A DNA stretch of 64,000 nucleotides from an uncultured Gemmatimonadales bacterium (GTDB lineage Bacteria; Gemmatimonadota; Gemmatimonadetes; Longimicrobiales; Gaopeijiaceae): positions 2,752,001 to 2,816,000 of the forward strand of contig CAWELD010000003.1 in assembly GCA_963809895.1 (NCBI GenBank). Reading direction: 5' to 3'. This document shows positions 49,872 through 60,820 of this stretch, in pieces. Made by a program: the position numbers and the translations under genes. The notes beneath the pieces are model-generated. The model had not been told where the DNA came from. It did no database searches and saw nothing but the letters and a program-made list of their open reading frames with translations. Numbering within the stretch: the stretch's first letter is position 1; each line of letters opens with the position of its first letter.

Positions 49872-50570
49872 TCACAGGAGCGGCGTGGCCAGCGCCGTGA
49901 GCACCAGGGCCAGCGCCCAGATGAGGTCCAGGTTGATCCAGTGGGTGCGGAGCAGACGCACGCCGAAGCGGTGATAGACCAGCAGCGCCACCAGCGCCGT
50001 CACCAGCAGATAGCCCGCAGTGTGGACCGCGGTCGCCATGAGACCCATGGCCTGCCCTGCGGACACGCCGGCCAGCAACGCTCCGTGAGCGCCGTGGACC
50101 GTGGCACCTCCCGCACCCATCGCCGGCATCCGCATCGCCGCGTCGTTCCCCGCCGAGGCCATCCCCAGCAGCACCGGCAGGACCATGAGCCCCGCCCCGT
50201 GGGCGCTCGCCATGAGGAAGGACCACACGGTGAGGTCCCTGGCGCCGACTTTCATCCCACCGTAGCGAGGATGACGGGCACGGAGGAGCCGGTAGCCGCC
50301 CATGGACAGCAGCAGCACGGCCACGGCCCACTTCAACGCCGCCGGCGGGACGACCACCCCGACCAGCAGGGCCAGGGCCGCCACCGTCCCGATGGCGCAG
50401 GCGTGCCCCAGGGCCAGGGGCGGAAGGGCGCGCCAGACGGCGCGACCCTCCCCTCCCTGCAGGCCCAGAGCGACGGCGAAGAGCCATCCCATGCCCGGGT
50501 TGATTCCGTGAAGACGCCCCAGAAAGAGCAGGGTCATCCAGGGCCACAGGTGCGCGTCCACGGCGCTCAC
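49872..50570 (-). CDS. His-containing membrane protein coupled to SBP56
   Basis: HGINPGMGWLFAVA, GHA, MASAHGAGLM, W.NLDLIW; several TMs; 4-nt overlap with the SBP56 stop. Confidence 0.8.
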   Translation of the reverse strand: MSAVDAHLWPWMTLLFLGRLHGINPGMGWLFAVALGLQGGEGRAVWRALPPLALGHACAIGTVAALALLVGVVVPPAALKWAVAVLLLSMGGYRLLRARHPRYGGMKVGARDLTVWSFLMASAHGAGLMVLPVLLGMASAGNDAAMRMPAMGAGGATVHGAHGALLAGVSAGQAMGLMATAVHTAGYLLVTALVALLVYHRFGVRLLRTHWINLDLIWALALVLTALATPLL

Positions 50571-51968
50571 GACGGATAGCAGTAGGAGTCCGACGAGGCG
50601 TCGCCGCCCTGCAGCCGGACCTGGTGGGCGCGCATCCCGTCGGGCATCGCACGAAGAACGCCGGGTCGAGCTCCATGCTCCCGTCCTCGGCCACGTCGGC
50701 CTTCACCATCCAGCTGCGGATGCCGTCGGGATAGAATTGCTCGTCCCACGGCGAATACAGGGAGTTCGTGAAGTAGACCCGCCGCCCGTCGCGGCTGATC
50801 TCCACCATCTGCGGCCCGCCGTTGAGCGCCTCGCCCGGCGCCGCCGGGTGCTCGCTCCGCCCCACGATGCCGCCGATGCGGATGGAGCCCGTGAAGACCG
50901 GAGCGAAGGGATCGCGCACGTCGTAGCGGCGCAGCTCGCCGGTGCCCCAACACGAGACGTACAGCGTGCTGTCGTCCACGGAGAGATTGAGATCGGTCAC
51001 CAGCGGAGGAACGGCGCCGAACCCCTTCAGGAGCGGCGGTAGCAGCTCGGGATCCGCGGGCTCGGCCGGGATCTCGATGACCTTGCGGGCCCGCCACTCG
51101 CCGGACTCTTCGTCCAGATGCCAGAGGAAGACCGAGGCCGACAGGTCCTCCAGCGAGACCACGACGCCGGCGAAGCCGTAGGCCCGACGGGGATCGTGCG
51201 CGGGCCTCAGCTCCAGGACCATCTGGTGCTGCTCACCCAGGTCCAGGACCTGCTTGTGGGACTTCTTGCGGAGATCCCACACGTGGAGCGCGTGGCCGTA
51301 TCGCGCGCCGAGCAGGAGCTCGGGGTTCGAGTCCCTCGGTCACCATGTTCGGCGTGCCCCACTCGCTGGTGATCATGGTGTCGTGTCCCAGGTGCCAGAA
51401 GAAGTCGTACGACAGGTACTGGGGGCCGCGCTCCCGCTCCCAGCGTCCCAGCGACCTCGAAGGTCTCCGGGTCCAGCGTGAAGATCCCGCCAGGGCCGTC
51501 GCCGTCCACGGCGCCCAGGGCGTTGACGTAGATGCCGTCCGGGCCGCAGTGCACCGTGTGGGGCGCCGCGTAGCCGGTCCTGGCGGCGATCTCCTCGGCC
51601 TCCACCACCTTCACCACCCGGGGATTGCGGGCATCGCCGGCATCCAGGATGTGGATACGGGAGCTGTGGATGCCGGGCACCACCAGGTAGCGCCGCTCCA
51701 CGTGGGCGTGCGGCGCGTACGGGGACAGACACGAGCTGCAGGCGTTCCAGCCGAAGTGGTGGAGCTCGTCACCGATGCCCGTCATGTCGACCTGGCCGAT
51801 GAGCTGGCCGAAGGTGGGCGACCCCTCGCCGACATCCACCACGCCCATGGCGTCGGGTCGCTCGTGGGCGGGGTTGAGCATGGCCACGTAGGCCACTTCC
51901 TCGACGGGGGCCTGCATGGCCTCCCGCGGCGAGGGATAGAAGCTGGGGTCGGGTTTCCATTGGGTCAT
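50567..51968 (-). pseudogene. Selenium-binding protein SBP56 / methanethiol-oxidase family, three frameshifts (probable assembly errors)
   Basis: DELHHFGWNACSS, PHTVHC, YDFFWH, SEWG, LELRPAH, GGPQMVEIS.DG.R.Y.TNSLYS.WD.QFYP, GGD.SSD split over frames near 51450, 51335 and 50650. Confidence 0.88.
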
Positions 51969-52163
51969 GGTCGTGTCTCTCTTTCTCGTGTGGTCGTTTC
52001 GGGTCCAACCGTTCAGGAGAGAGAGGCGCGAGATTCGCCGGGAAGGGCTCACGGCCCGCCGAGGCCGTCCGCACCGAGGTGCGAGACCATGCCAGCCTGG
52101 CGAACCGGCGACGGGGGTGGTTATTTCGGCTGGCAGGTCCCACATGCGCCGGAGGTCGCCACC

Positions 52164-52727
52164 ATGTCGGATCAGGAAGAGATCACCCGGGCTCTCTCGG
52201 AGCTGGCCGGCGGCGACCAGGCGGCCCTGGACCGGCTGTTGCCCGCGGTCTACGACCATCTCAAGGGGCTGGCCCAACGCGAGCTCCGGCGCGAGCGCCG
52301 GGATCACACGCTCAACGCCACGGCGCTGGTGCACGAGGCCTATCTCCGGCTCGTGCAACTGGACCGCATCACCTGGGAGGGGCGCGCCCACTTCTTCGGC
52401 GCTGCGGGACAGGCCATGCGGCGCATCCTCATCAGCTACGCGCGCATGAAGAAGGCGGACAAGCGCGGATCCGGAGCGGAGCACGTCCCCATCGACGACG
52501 TGGTGGTGGCCGCCCGTGACCGGCCGGCGGATCTGCTGGCGCTGGACGAGGCACTGGATCGGCTCGCCGCGCTCGACCAACGACAGGCGCGCGTGGTGGA
52601 ATGCCGATTCTTCGCGGGGATGGGCGTGGACGAGACCGCCGCGGCGCTCGACATCTCCCAGGCGACGGTGAAGCGGGATTGGACGGTGGCGCGCGCCTGG
52701 CTCAACCGCGAGCTCGGCGGTCGATGA
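52164..52727 (+). CDS. ECF sigma factor of the kinase-associated type
   Basis: HTLNATALVHEAYLRL, AMRRILI..AR...A.KRG, TVKRDW..ARAWL. Confidence 0.92.
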   Translation: MSDQEEITRALSELAGGDQAALDRLLPAVYDHLKGLAQRELRRERRDHTLNATALVHEAYLRLVQLDRITWEGRAHFFGAAGQAMRRILISYARMKKADKRGSGAEHVPIDDVVVAARDRPADLLALDEALDRLAALDQRQARVVECRFFAGMGVDETAAALDISQATVKRDWTVARAWLNRELGGR

Positions 52728-55700
52728 GCGCCGACTCGACCCCGGGCCGCTGGGCCCGTGTGCAGGAGCTCTTTCTCGAAGCGCTGGAGCGTCCCGTCGC
52801 AGAGCGATCCGCCTTCGTGGAGGAACGGTGTGGCGACGACCCGGGCCTCCTGCGCGAGGTCACCTCGCTCCTCCGCGCCCACGACGAGGGCCCGGTGCCC
52901 CTGTCCGCGAGCGCGCGCCCCGGGAGCCGGCGGTACCCGGAGCGCATCGGCAGCTACCGCATCGTGCGACCGCTGGGAGAAGGGGGGATGGGCGTCGTGC
53001 TGCTGGCGGTCCGCGAGGCGCAAGGGTTCACGCAGACGGTGGCGCTCAAGCTCCTCCCCGCCTTTCCGCACGCGGACCTCGAGGCCCGTCTCAAGGCGGA
53101 GCGCAGGATCCTCGCCCGCCTGGAGCATCCCGGGATCGCGCGCCTCATCGACGGTGGCGTAACCGAGAGCGGGCAGCCCTTCCTCGCCATGGAATACGTG
53201 AAGGGCGAGGACATCCTCACCTGGTGCGAGGGCAGGCGCCTGGACGTGGATCGGCGCATCGCGCTCTTCCTCGACGTGTGCGACGCCGTCCACTACGCGC
53301 ATCAGCAGCTCGTCATCCACCGGGATCTCAAGCCGTCGAACATCCTGGTGACCAGCGCGGGCCGCCCCAAGCTCCTGGACTTCGGCGTGGCCAAGCTCCT
53401 GGACGAACAGAGCGACGAGGGACACACCCGCACCGGCGCGTGGGTGACTCCGGCCTACGCCAGCCCCGAGCAGCTCCGCCGGAAGCCCGTCACCACCCTG
53501 TCCGACGTCTATTCGCTGGGCGTGCTGCTCTACGAGCTCCTGGTCGGCGCTCGCCCCTACGACACCGAGGGCCACACCCCTGCCGAGCTGGACCGGCAGC
53601 TCGCAGGCCGCCCTCCGACCAGGCCCAGCGTGCTCGCCCGAGGAGACGAGCGGGACGCGGCGGGGCCGGCCTCGCAGCGGGCCGCGGCCCGGACCACGAC
53701 ACCCCGTCGTCTGAGCCGTCGCCTGGCCGGCGACCTGGATGTGATCCTCCTGCGCGCTCTGGCCCACGAGCCCGAGCGCCGCTACACGTCGGCCGCAGCC
53801 CTGGCAGAGGATCTGCGCCGACACCTGGGAGGATGGCCGGTGCAGGCCCGGCCCGAGAGCTGGCTCTATCGCACCTCCAAGTTCGTTCGACGGCATCGCG
53901 TGGCGGTGGCGGCGGCAGGGATCGGGGCTCTGGCGATTCTCGCCGGGACGGGCGCCACGGTCTGGCAAGCCCGCCGCGCTCGTGCCGAGGCGCTGCGCGC
54001 CGAGAGCGAAGCGGACCGTGCCCGCCAGGTCACCGCGCTGGTCACCGACCTGTTCCGCCTGTCGGACCCCGCGCGGGCACTGGGGGACACGGTCACGGCA
54101 CGGCAGCTCCTGGACGAGGGAACGACCCGGGTCGAGTCGGAGCTTCGGGACCAACCCGAGTTGCAGGCGACCCTCATGGCCGAGGTGGCCAGGGTGTATC
54201 TCAACCTGGGGATCCTGCCGCGGGCCGAGGAGCTGGCCCGGCGGGTGGTGGACCTGCGCGCCACCGGCGAACCCGGCTCCCGTGCCCACGCGGCGGCGCT
54301 GGCCGCCCTCGCCGAGGTGGTGGCGGAGCGCGGCCGAATGGACGAAGCCGTCCGTCTCTCCCGGGCGGCGCTGGAACTTCCCGACCTGGGCGGCCCGGGC
54401 AGCGGCGACACCCTGCGGGCACGCGTGCTGTCGGCCATGGCCTGGGAACTCCGCAATCAGGGTCGCCACGACGAGGCCGTGAGCGCCTTCCAGGAAGCCC
54501 TCCCGGTTCAGCGCGCGGCGCTGGGGGATCGCAGCCCCGTCGTGGCCCGGACGCTCATGGGTCTGGCCTCGGCGCTCCACGACGCCGGACGCTTCGACGA
54601 CGCCGAGGCCTTCTTCGATGAGCTCATCGCCGAAGCGCGGGACGGCGGCCGGCCCGATCCCGCCGCGGCCGCGGCCATGGCAAACCTGGGCATGCTCCGT
54701 CGCGTGCGAGAGGAGCTGGAAGAAGCCGAGCCGCTTCTCCGTACGGCGTTGGACCACCGCATGAGGCTCTACGGACCAGACCACCCCGAGACCCTCGAGT
54801 CCATGGACGATTGGGGCGCGGAGCTTCTCCAACTCGGCCGCTTCGACGAGGCCCGGGAGGTGCTCGCCGAGGGCCTGGACCGGGCGCGGGCGGTCCTGGG
54901 AGAGGATCACACCCAGACCATCAGCATTCGTGAAGCGCTCGCGGCGGTGGAGATCGAGCTGGGCCACTACGACGCAGGGCTCGCCATGCGTGATTCGGCG
55001 CTGGCGAGCAAGCGTCGCCTGCGTCGCGGCGAGGATCATCCGGGCATCGTCTACACCCTTCTGCGCCTGGCTTCCGACGCGCGCGAAGCCGGACGCGACT
55101 CCCTGGCTGGTGTCGCCTTGGACTCCGCGCTGGCCATGGGGTGGCGGCTGTCCGACGAGCCCAGCGTCTACCGGGCTCTGGCGCTGCAGCAGCGGGCGGT
55201 CCTGGCGGTGCACCGGGACGAGCGCGCGGCGGCGGAAAGGGACATCGACGCCGCCGTGCGAATGCTCGCCAGCCTCCTGAGTGACGACCATCGCTACGTG
55301 CTGTCCGCGCGCCGGGACCAGGCCCTTTTCAGGCTCCGCACCGGCGGTGCGCCCACCGAGGCCCTGCGTGCGCTCGCCGTGGAAGACTCGCTGCGCAGGT
55401 CGCGCCGCCCCTCACCACATCCCGAGTTGGGCGTGATCGCGCTGGCCCTGGGCGAGGCTCGGCTGGCCGCGGACGACGCCGTCGGGGCCGCCGACGCCTT
55501 CCGGTCCGCCTCGGCGGAGTTTCAACGGCTCCCGCCGACACACTGGAAGCGGGGAGCGGCGCTGGTCGGTCAGGGCATGGCCACCCGCCTGGCCGGAGAC
55601 ACGGCCCGGGGCGCCGAGTTGGTGGACCGAGGCATGGAAATCGTGGACCGGCACCTGGGGCCCCACGCCCCGGAGGCGCTTCGTCTGCGCCGGATCAGCG

Positions 55701-55750
55701 CCCGTCCAGCACCTCGTCCAGCTCGGTCAGGGGCACCACGCTCGCGGTGA
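52724..55750 (+). CDS. Membrane Ser/Thr protein kinase with extracytoplasmic TPR repeats
   Basis: LGEGGMG, VALK, HRDLKPSN, DFG, TPAYASPE, one TM, TPRs; ATGA overlap with the ECF gene. Confidence 0.93.
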   Translation: MSADSTPGRWARVQELFLEALERPVAERSAFVEERCGDDPGLLREVTSLLRAHDEGPVPLSASARPGSRRYPERIGSYRIVRPLGEGGMGVVLLAVREAQGFTQTVALKLLPAFPHADLEARLKAERRILARLEHPGIARLIDGGVTESGQPFLAMEYVKGEDILTWCEGRRLDVDRRIALFLDVCDAVHYAHQQLVIHRDLKPSNILVTSAGRPKLLDFGVAKLLDEQSDEGHTRTGAWVTPAYASPEQLRRKPVTTLSDVYSLGVLLYELLVGARPYDTEGHTPAELDRQLAGRPPTRPSVLARGDERDAAGPASQRAAARTTTPRRLSRRLAGDLDVILLRALAHEPERRYTSAAALAEDLRRHLGGWPVQARPESWLYRTSKFVRRHRVAVAAAGIGALAILAGTGATVWQARRARAEALRAESEADRARQVTALVTDLFRLSDPARALGDTVTARQLLDEGTTRVESELRDQPELQATLMAEVARVYLNLGILPRAEELARRVVDLRATGEPGSRAHAAALAALAEVVAERGRMDEAVRLSRAALELPDLGGPGSGDTLRARVLSAMAWELRNQGRHDEAVSAFQEALPVQRAALGDRSPVVARTLMGLASALHDAGRFDDAEAFFDELIAEARDGGRPDPAAAAAMANLGMLRRVREELEEAEPLLRTALDHRMRLYGPDHPETLESMDDWGAELLQLGRFDEAREVLAEGLDRARAVLGEDHTQTISIREALAAVEIELGHYDAGLAMRDSALASKRRLRRGEDHPGIVYTLLRLASDAREAGRDSLAGVALDSALAMGWRLSDEPSVYRALALQQRAVLAVHRDERAAAERDIDAAVRMLASLLSDDHRYVLSARRDQALFRLRTGGAPTEALRALAVEDSLRRSRRPSPHPELGVIALALGEARLAADDAVGAADAFRSASAEFQRLPPTHWKRGAALVGQGMATRLAGDTARGAELVDRGMEIVDRHLGPHAPEALRLRRISARPAPRPARSGAPRSR

Positions 55751-56963
55751 CTCGGCGCACACCACCGTCACGGAAGTGCAGGGTGACTTCGAGGCTGTCT
55801 CCAGGGGCCACGGTCCGCGTCAGGTCCTCGAGCATCGCGTGATCGCCACCGGGACGGAGCAGGAGTCGCCCGTGCTCCGGAACCTCCAGTCCGCCGGTCG
55901 CGGGACGCATACGCATCATGCCCCCGCTGGTCTCGGTGTGGTGCAGCGTGGCCCGGCCCACGCCCTCCACCTCCAGTCCCTGCAGGACGTCGGCGGCGCC
56001 TCCGTTCTCCACTGTGAGATAGAGCGCCGCGCGCTCGCCGGTCACCGGCTCCGAGATGACCGCGTCGTGGACCCCCAGTCCGCCTCCGCCACACGACGAC
56101 AGGAAGAGCGCCAGCAGGATCGAGGCCGCCACGGTTCCCGTGGAGGACTCCCGCTCGCTGCGCTGGTACCAGCGAAAGAACAGGATGCTGATGGCCGTCC
56201 ACAGGACCACCGCACCCCCGACTTTCATGAGAAGCCCGGCGAGACGCTGATCCTCCTGGGTGGTCAGCCCCCCCACCGGCGGGGCCAGCTCGAAGGTCGC
56301 GTAGACCGGAAGCTCGGCGAAGGTCAGGTAGGCGAAGACCCCGGTATTCACCAACGTCGCCGCGATCAGGTAGCCCATCTGGAAGGGCTCCGACAACCAG
56401 GAGCGCTCCGGCAGCGCCACGGTCACCGGCCACCAGAAGACCAACCCCGACACGAGCCAGAGCATGTCCAGCACGAAGCTGCCGAGCTGGCCTGCCATGA
56501 GCCCGTCCACCATGGGAGGCCAGTGCGTGAAGCCCATGACCGTGGCGAAGAAGGCCATGCTCGCCAGGGGGTAGCCCATGACCCGCGCAACGGCCCGGAA
56601 CGCCGGCACCTGGAGCAACCGTCTCCAGGCCGAGCGCGGCACGCCCAGCAGAAGGAGCGGTGGCGACGCGATGGCGATGAGGAGGAACTGGACCATGTGG
56701 ACGCTCGCCAGATAGCCCGCGCCCAGCGTGCCGATGGGCCAATCCAGGGCAGCCCACAGAAGCAGGATGCCGGCCACGGCGAAGCCCGCTCGCCCCGCCG
56801 GAGAGAAGGTCTCCTGCGCAGTGTCGCCGGAGCGCGCGGCGCGGCGCAGCAGGCGAGCGTACGCCACGCCCAGCAGGGCCACGAACAGCCAGACCCCGAC
56901 ATAAGGACGCCACGTCCAGCTCCACGCCACCCCCTGGGCGGCACACCACCACTGCACGTTCAC
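55695..56963 (-). CDS. ctaG: Cytochrome c oxidase assembly factor CtaG fused to copper chaperone PCuAC
   Basis: DWPI, SVHMVQ, FWWPV, DQRLAGLLMK, then AALYLTVEN, HHT..GMMRM, L.PGGDHAML. Confidence 0.8.
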   Translation of the reverse strand: MNVQWWCAAQGVAWSWTWRPYVGVWLFVALLGVAYARLLRRAARSGDTAQETFSPAGRAGFAVAGILLLWAALDWPIGTLGAGYLASVHMVQFLLIAIASPPLLLLGVPRSAWRRLLQVPAFRAVARVMGYPLASMAFFATVMGFTHWPPMVDGLMAGQLGSFVLDMLWLVSGLVFWWPVTVALPERSWLSEPFQMGYLIAATLVNTGVFAYLTFAELPVYATFELAPPVGGLTTQEDQRLAGLLMKVGGAVVLWTAISILFFRWYQRSERESSTGTVAASILLALFLSSCGGGGLGVHDAVISEPVTGERAALYLTVENGGAADVLQGLEVEGVGRATLHHTETSGGMMRMRPATGGLEVPEHGRLLLRPGGDHAMLEDLTRTVAPGDSLEVTLHFRDGGVRRVTASVVPLTELDEVLDGR

Positions 56964-57599
56964 CGTTGGTCCGGCATCAGTGGATCGTCACCGCGTACCA
57001 GGAGGGGCAGGTCCCGCAACCAGTCGCGCTGGCGAGTACCCCACGGGTAGGCGACGCGCGCCGTGTCGTCCTTGCCGAAGGCCAGGAGCTGAGCCGCATG
57101 ACCCACGAAGTAGCCGCCGTCGGCCGTGGCGGTGGCCGTGTCCACCACCGACACGGGCACACCCACCGCTTGCTCCAGCGCCGTGCACCTCGGCGGGGGT
57201 GCCCCGAAGTCCCACGAACGACGGATGGAGGGCGCCGAGCCACTCCTTCAGGCGCTCCGGCGTGTCCCGATCCGGATCGGTGGTCACGAACACCGTCTGG
57301 ATCTGCCGGGTCACCTCGATGGGAAGCCTGCGCAGCACCGCGGCCAGGTTGGCCATGTGTACCGGGCAGACGTCGGGGCAGTTCGTGTAGCCGAAGAAGA
57401 GGAGGGTGATCTTGCCCCGGGTCTCGGCGCGCAGGCTCCAGGGTTCGCCCGCCTGATCCTCCAGCACCACGTCGGGCTTGGCCACGGCGGGCGAGACGCG
57501 CACGGCGGTGGTCGCCGGCCGCGACTCCGCACCCGACGAGGGCGTGCAGCCGGCCAGCGCCAGGAAAGCGGCCAGAACGAGCAGGGGGCGGGTGTTCAC
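56960..57599 (-). pseudogene. SCO1/SenC copper chaperone lipoprotein, one frameshift near 57180
   Basis: LAGC lipobox, FFGYTNCPDVCP, DPDRDT; conserved Y.VGH lies in another frame (56960-57166). Confidence 0.85.
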
Positions 57600-57660
57600 G
57601 GGGCCCTTCTACCGACCGAGCGGGGGACCGTTCCCCCCCACCGCGGGCGGTGCAGCTCTC

Positions 57661-60322
57661 CTATTCGGCGCGTAGCGCCTCCGTCGGAGCGATCCGCGAG
57701 GCACGTCGGCCCGGCGCCAGCGCTGCGACGATGGACGCCGCGGCCACCGCCAGCGCCGTTCCCGTCAGTGTCAGCGCATCGGTACGCTGCACGCCCCACA
57801 GGTATCCCTCGATGGCCCGCGTGGCCAGGAAGCCGGCGACCAACCCGCTCACGCCGCCGTACACGGCCAGCCGCGCGGCCTGCCGCAGAACGAGACCCAG
57901 GACCTGGCCGCGCTCGGCTCCCAGCGCCATGCGAATCCCCATCTCCCGGGTGCGCGCCGCCACGCTTCGCGCCGTCACGCCGTAGACGCCCATGAGGGCG
58001 AAGAGCGCCGCCAATCCGGAGAAGAACGCCACCAGACGCGCCCGGAAGCGCTGGCTCTCCAACTGAGCGCTGAACTGCTCGCGGAACGGCCGGATGCCGG
58101 GCACGGCGATACCACGATCCACGCTCCAGACGGCCTCTCGCACCGCGGACACGAGCGACGCCGGTTCCACCTCCGTCCGTACCATCATGCTTCCCGACGC
58201 GTAGTCTGCCTGTCGGCGCGGCACGTAGTAGGCGAACTCCGTTCCCTGCCCCAGCCCTTCGTCGCGAACCGAGGCCGCCACGCCCACCACCGTCGTCTCG
58301 CGGCCCCAGTAGCCCACGCGCTTGCCCACGGCCGATTCGTTGGGCCACACGGCCCGCGCCACACCCTCGGAGACGATCATGGTCCCGGCGACGCCGGCTC
58401 GATCGTCGTCCGCAGTGAAGGCCCGGCCCTCCAGGATCGGGATCCCGGTGACGTCGAAGTAGTTCCCCGACACGAAGCGTCGCTCCGCGATGATGGGATC
58501 GCCCTCGTATCCCTCGGGGTGGATGTCGTTGTTCCCTCGGTCCCCGCTCAGCGGAAGCACCGAGGTCCAGGCCGCGTCACGCACGCCGGGTACCGCCTTC
58601 ACGCTCTCGAGAATGGCGTCGTAGGTGGCCATGGCGCCCGCCGACAGGGCATCCGGATCCTCGATGCCCTGCAGCATGCGATCGAGGGGTACCGCCACAC
58701 GAACCGTCAACAGGCGGTCCAGGGCGAAGCCGGTGTCCACTCCGTCGAGGGCCAGCACGGTGCGCCCCAGGAGCCCCGCACCCACCAGCAACACCGTGGC
58801 GAGGGCCAGCTCGGCGGCCACGAGAACGCCCTGGAGCCTCGTCCGGCCCGCGTGGGTGCTCCCGCGGGAACCCGTCATGGAGGCGGCCAGATTGCGCCGG
58901 GACGAGAGGAGCGCCGGAGCCAACCCGAACAGCATGCCACACACCAGGCCCACGCCCACGGCGAAGAGGAGCGTGCGCCCATCGATGGTGGCCTGGGCCA
59001 TGCGCGGGACACCGGCGGGCGCCAGCCCCAGCAGGACATCGCGCACGGTACTGGTAAGGGCGATGCCGAGGAGCGCACCGGCACCGGCCAGCACCAGGCT
59101 CTCGGTGAGCAACTGCTGGATCAGCCGTCCCCGGCCGGCGCCCAACGCACCGCGCACGGCCAACTCCTGGTCACGGTCGATGGCGGTGCCCAGCAAGAGG
59201 ACCGCGACGCTGACGCACGCCACCAGGAGGAGCACGCCCGACGCCACCGCCAGGAGCAGGAGCGGGCCACGCACCGTGTGCGTCTGATCCACCAGGCGCG
59301 GGTAGACGCGGATGGCGTGCTCGTGCCCCTCGCCGGGTGGCGCCGCGGCCTGCAAGCTCGCGGTGAGGGCCGCCTGGGCCCGATCCGGCGTCACGCCCTC
59401 GGCCAGGCGCGCCACAGCCCTGAAGCTGTGATTTCCCCGGTTCTCGCCGGGCTTCATCATGGCCCACGCCTCCACCGCCTCGTACCCGGCCACCTGGAAC
59501 CAACCCGGGAGGACGCCGATCACCTCTGTCGGCCCGCCCAGGTCGAGGGTGGATCCGACCACCGACGGATCCCCTCCGAAGCTCCGCTCCCAGAAGTCCC
59601 GTGTGAGCAGGACCCGGCCCGGCATCTCGTTCTCGCTCTCCGAGAAGACGCGGCCCAGCAGCGGTTGCACGGGCATGACGTCGCGGAAGAGGGCGGCCGA
59701 GGTGGCTCCGATCCTGACGCGCTCCGCCGGACCGTCGTCGTGGTCGAGGATCACGGTGCCGTACCCGAGGATCGCGACGCTCTCCAGCACGCCGTCGCCG
59801 GCGTCTCGCACGTCACGGAACTCGGGATAGGAGAAGGTGCCGCGGTCGGCGGCGTCGCCCAGCGTCGGATGCCCTCGCAGCGAGGGGTTCGTAGGGTAGA
59901 CCGACACGATCCGGTCCGGCTGCGGAAACGGCAGGGGACGCAGAAGCACCGCGTCCACCACGCTGAACATCCCGGTGCTGGCGGCGATGCCCAGGCCCAG
60001 CGTCACGATGGCCAGGATCGCCGTGGTGGGGCGCCGGAGCAGGGCTCGCACGGCGTAACGAAGGTCCTTGGCCAAGGTGTCCATGGAGTCTCTCCACAGG
60101 GGTCGATATGCATGGCTGGGAGCCCCCCCGAAACGCGCACGGAGGGCGGTCGAAAGCACTCCACCGAGCTCGATGCCGAAGCCGCGCGCCCGCTCCGATC
60201 GCGCCACGGGCTTCGGCCTGGCGAGCTTCGTAGACGGCCATCATCTCCTCCGCGGCCCGGTGGCGCAGCCAACCAGGGAGCAGGAGCAGAGAAAGGCGAA
60301 AGAGGAGTCTGGCGAGGCTCAC
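57661..60322 (-). CDS. ADOP-family duplicated permease; frameshift near 60210 separates the N-terminal prefix
   Basis: MSLARLLFRLSLLLLP..R....EEM prefix in one frame; KDLRYAVR.L, LGLGIAASTGMFS, RTREMGIR, RIAPTEALRAE in another. Confidence 0.88.
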
Positions 60323-60666
60323 GGTTGCCCTGCCACTCCCGCGGCCCGAGCCACGTTCACGAGTCCGGACAGGCGACCGACTTCCGCCTCGAGCACTTCG
60401 CTACCGAGACGGGTGAGGCGGTAGTACCTGCGCCGGGGATCGGTCTCGCCCTCCGGGGCCGGGGCGTCCTCGATGAGGCCCCGCTCTTCGAGGCGGGTCA
60501 TGGCCAGGTAGAGGGAGCCGGAACTGGGACTGTGATGCCCTTCGGTGAGCTCCTCGATGCGCTTGATCACCGCCCATCCGTGACGCTCCCCCTCCGCCAG
60601 CGCCACCAGGACGTGCAGCGGAAGGTTGGCCAGCGGTAGGTGCTCGGCTACGTCGGTCGTGCTCAT
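60319..60666 (-). CDS. PadR-family transcriptional regulator
   Basis: LPL....LHVLVALAEGERHGW, GSLYLAMTRL...GLI, RRRYYRLT..G..VLEAEV.RL. Confidence 0.92.
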   Translation of the reverse strand: MSTTDVAEHLPLANLPLHVLVALAEGERHGWAVIKRIEELTEGHHSPSSGSLYLAMTRLEERGLIEDAPAPEGETDPRRRYYRLTRLGSEVLEAEVGRLSGLVNVARAAGVAGQP

Positions 60667-60696
60667 GGCGCCAGTCCTGCTCCACAGGGATTTCCG

Positions 60697-60710
60697 TCAA
60701 ATGGATTTGA
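60697..60710. promoter_or_regulatory. Palindromic putative PadR operator
   Basis: TCAAAT-GG-ATTTGA, an AT-rich inverted repeat 31 nt upstream of padR. Confidence 0.5.
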
Positions 60711-60820
60711 TGTAAACCTATTCCCGTCCATCGCTCTTGGACAGGCCCACCCCCGGTACGGTTGCACCGGGCGCCCGTGGGCGCTCCATTCTCCTCCTGC
60801 TCTCGTCGACGGAGACCTTC

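Noticed and set aside
49564..51282. 572-aa ORF appearing to fuse SBP56 to a wHTH domain
   Set aside because: Produced by the frameshift near 50650 reading through the membrane-protein gene off-frame
50567..51968. Programmed frameshifting or selenocysteine in SBP56
   Set aside because: Three separate shifts with no slippery heptamer and no in-frame TGA/SECIS; sequencing error is simpler
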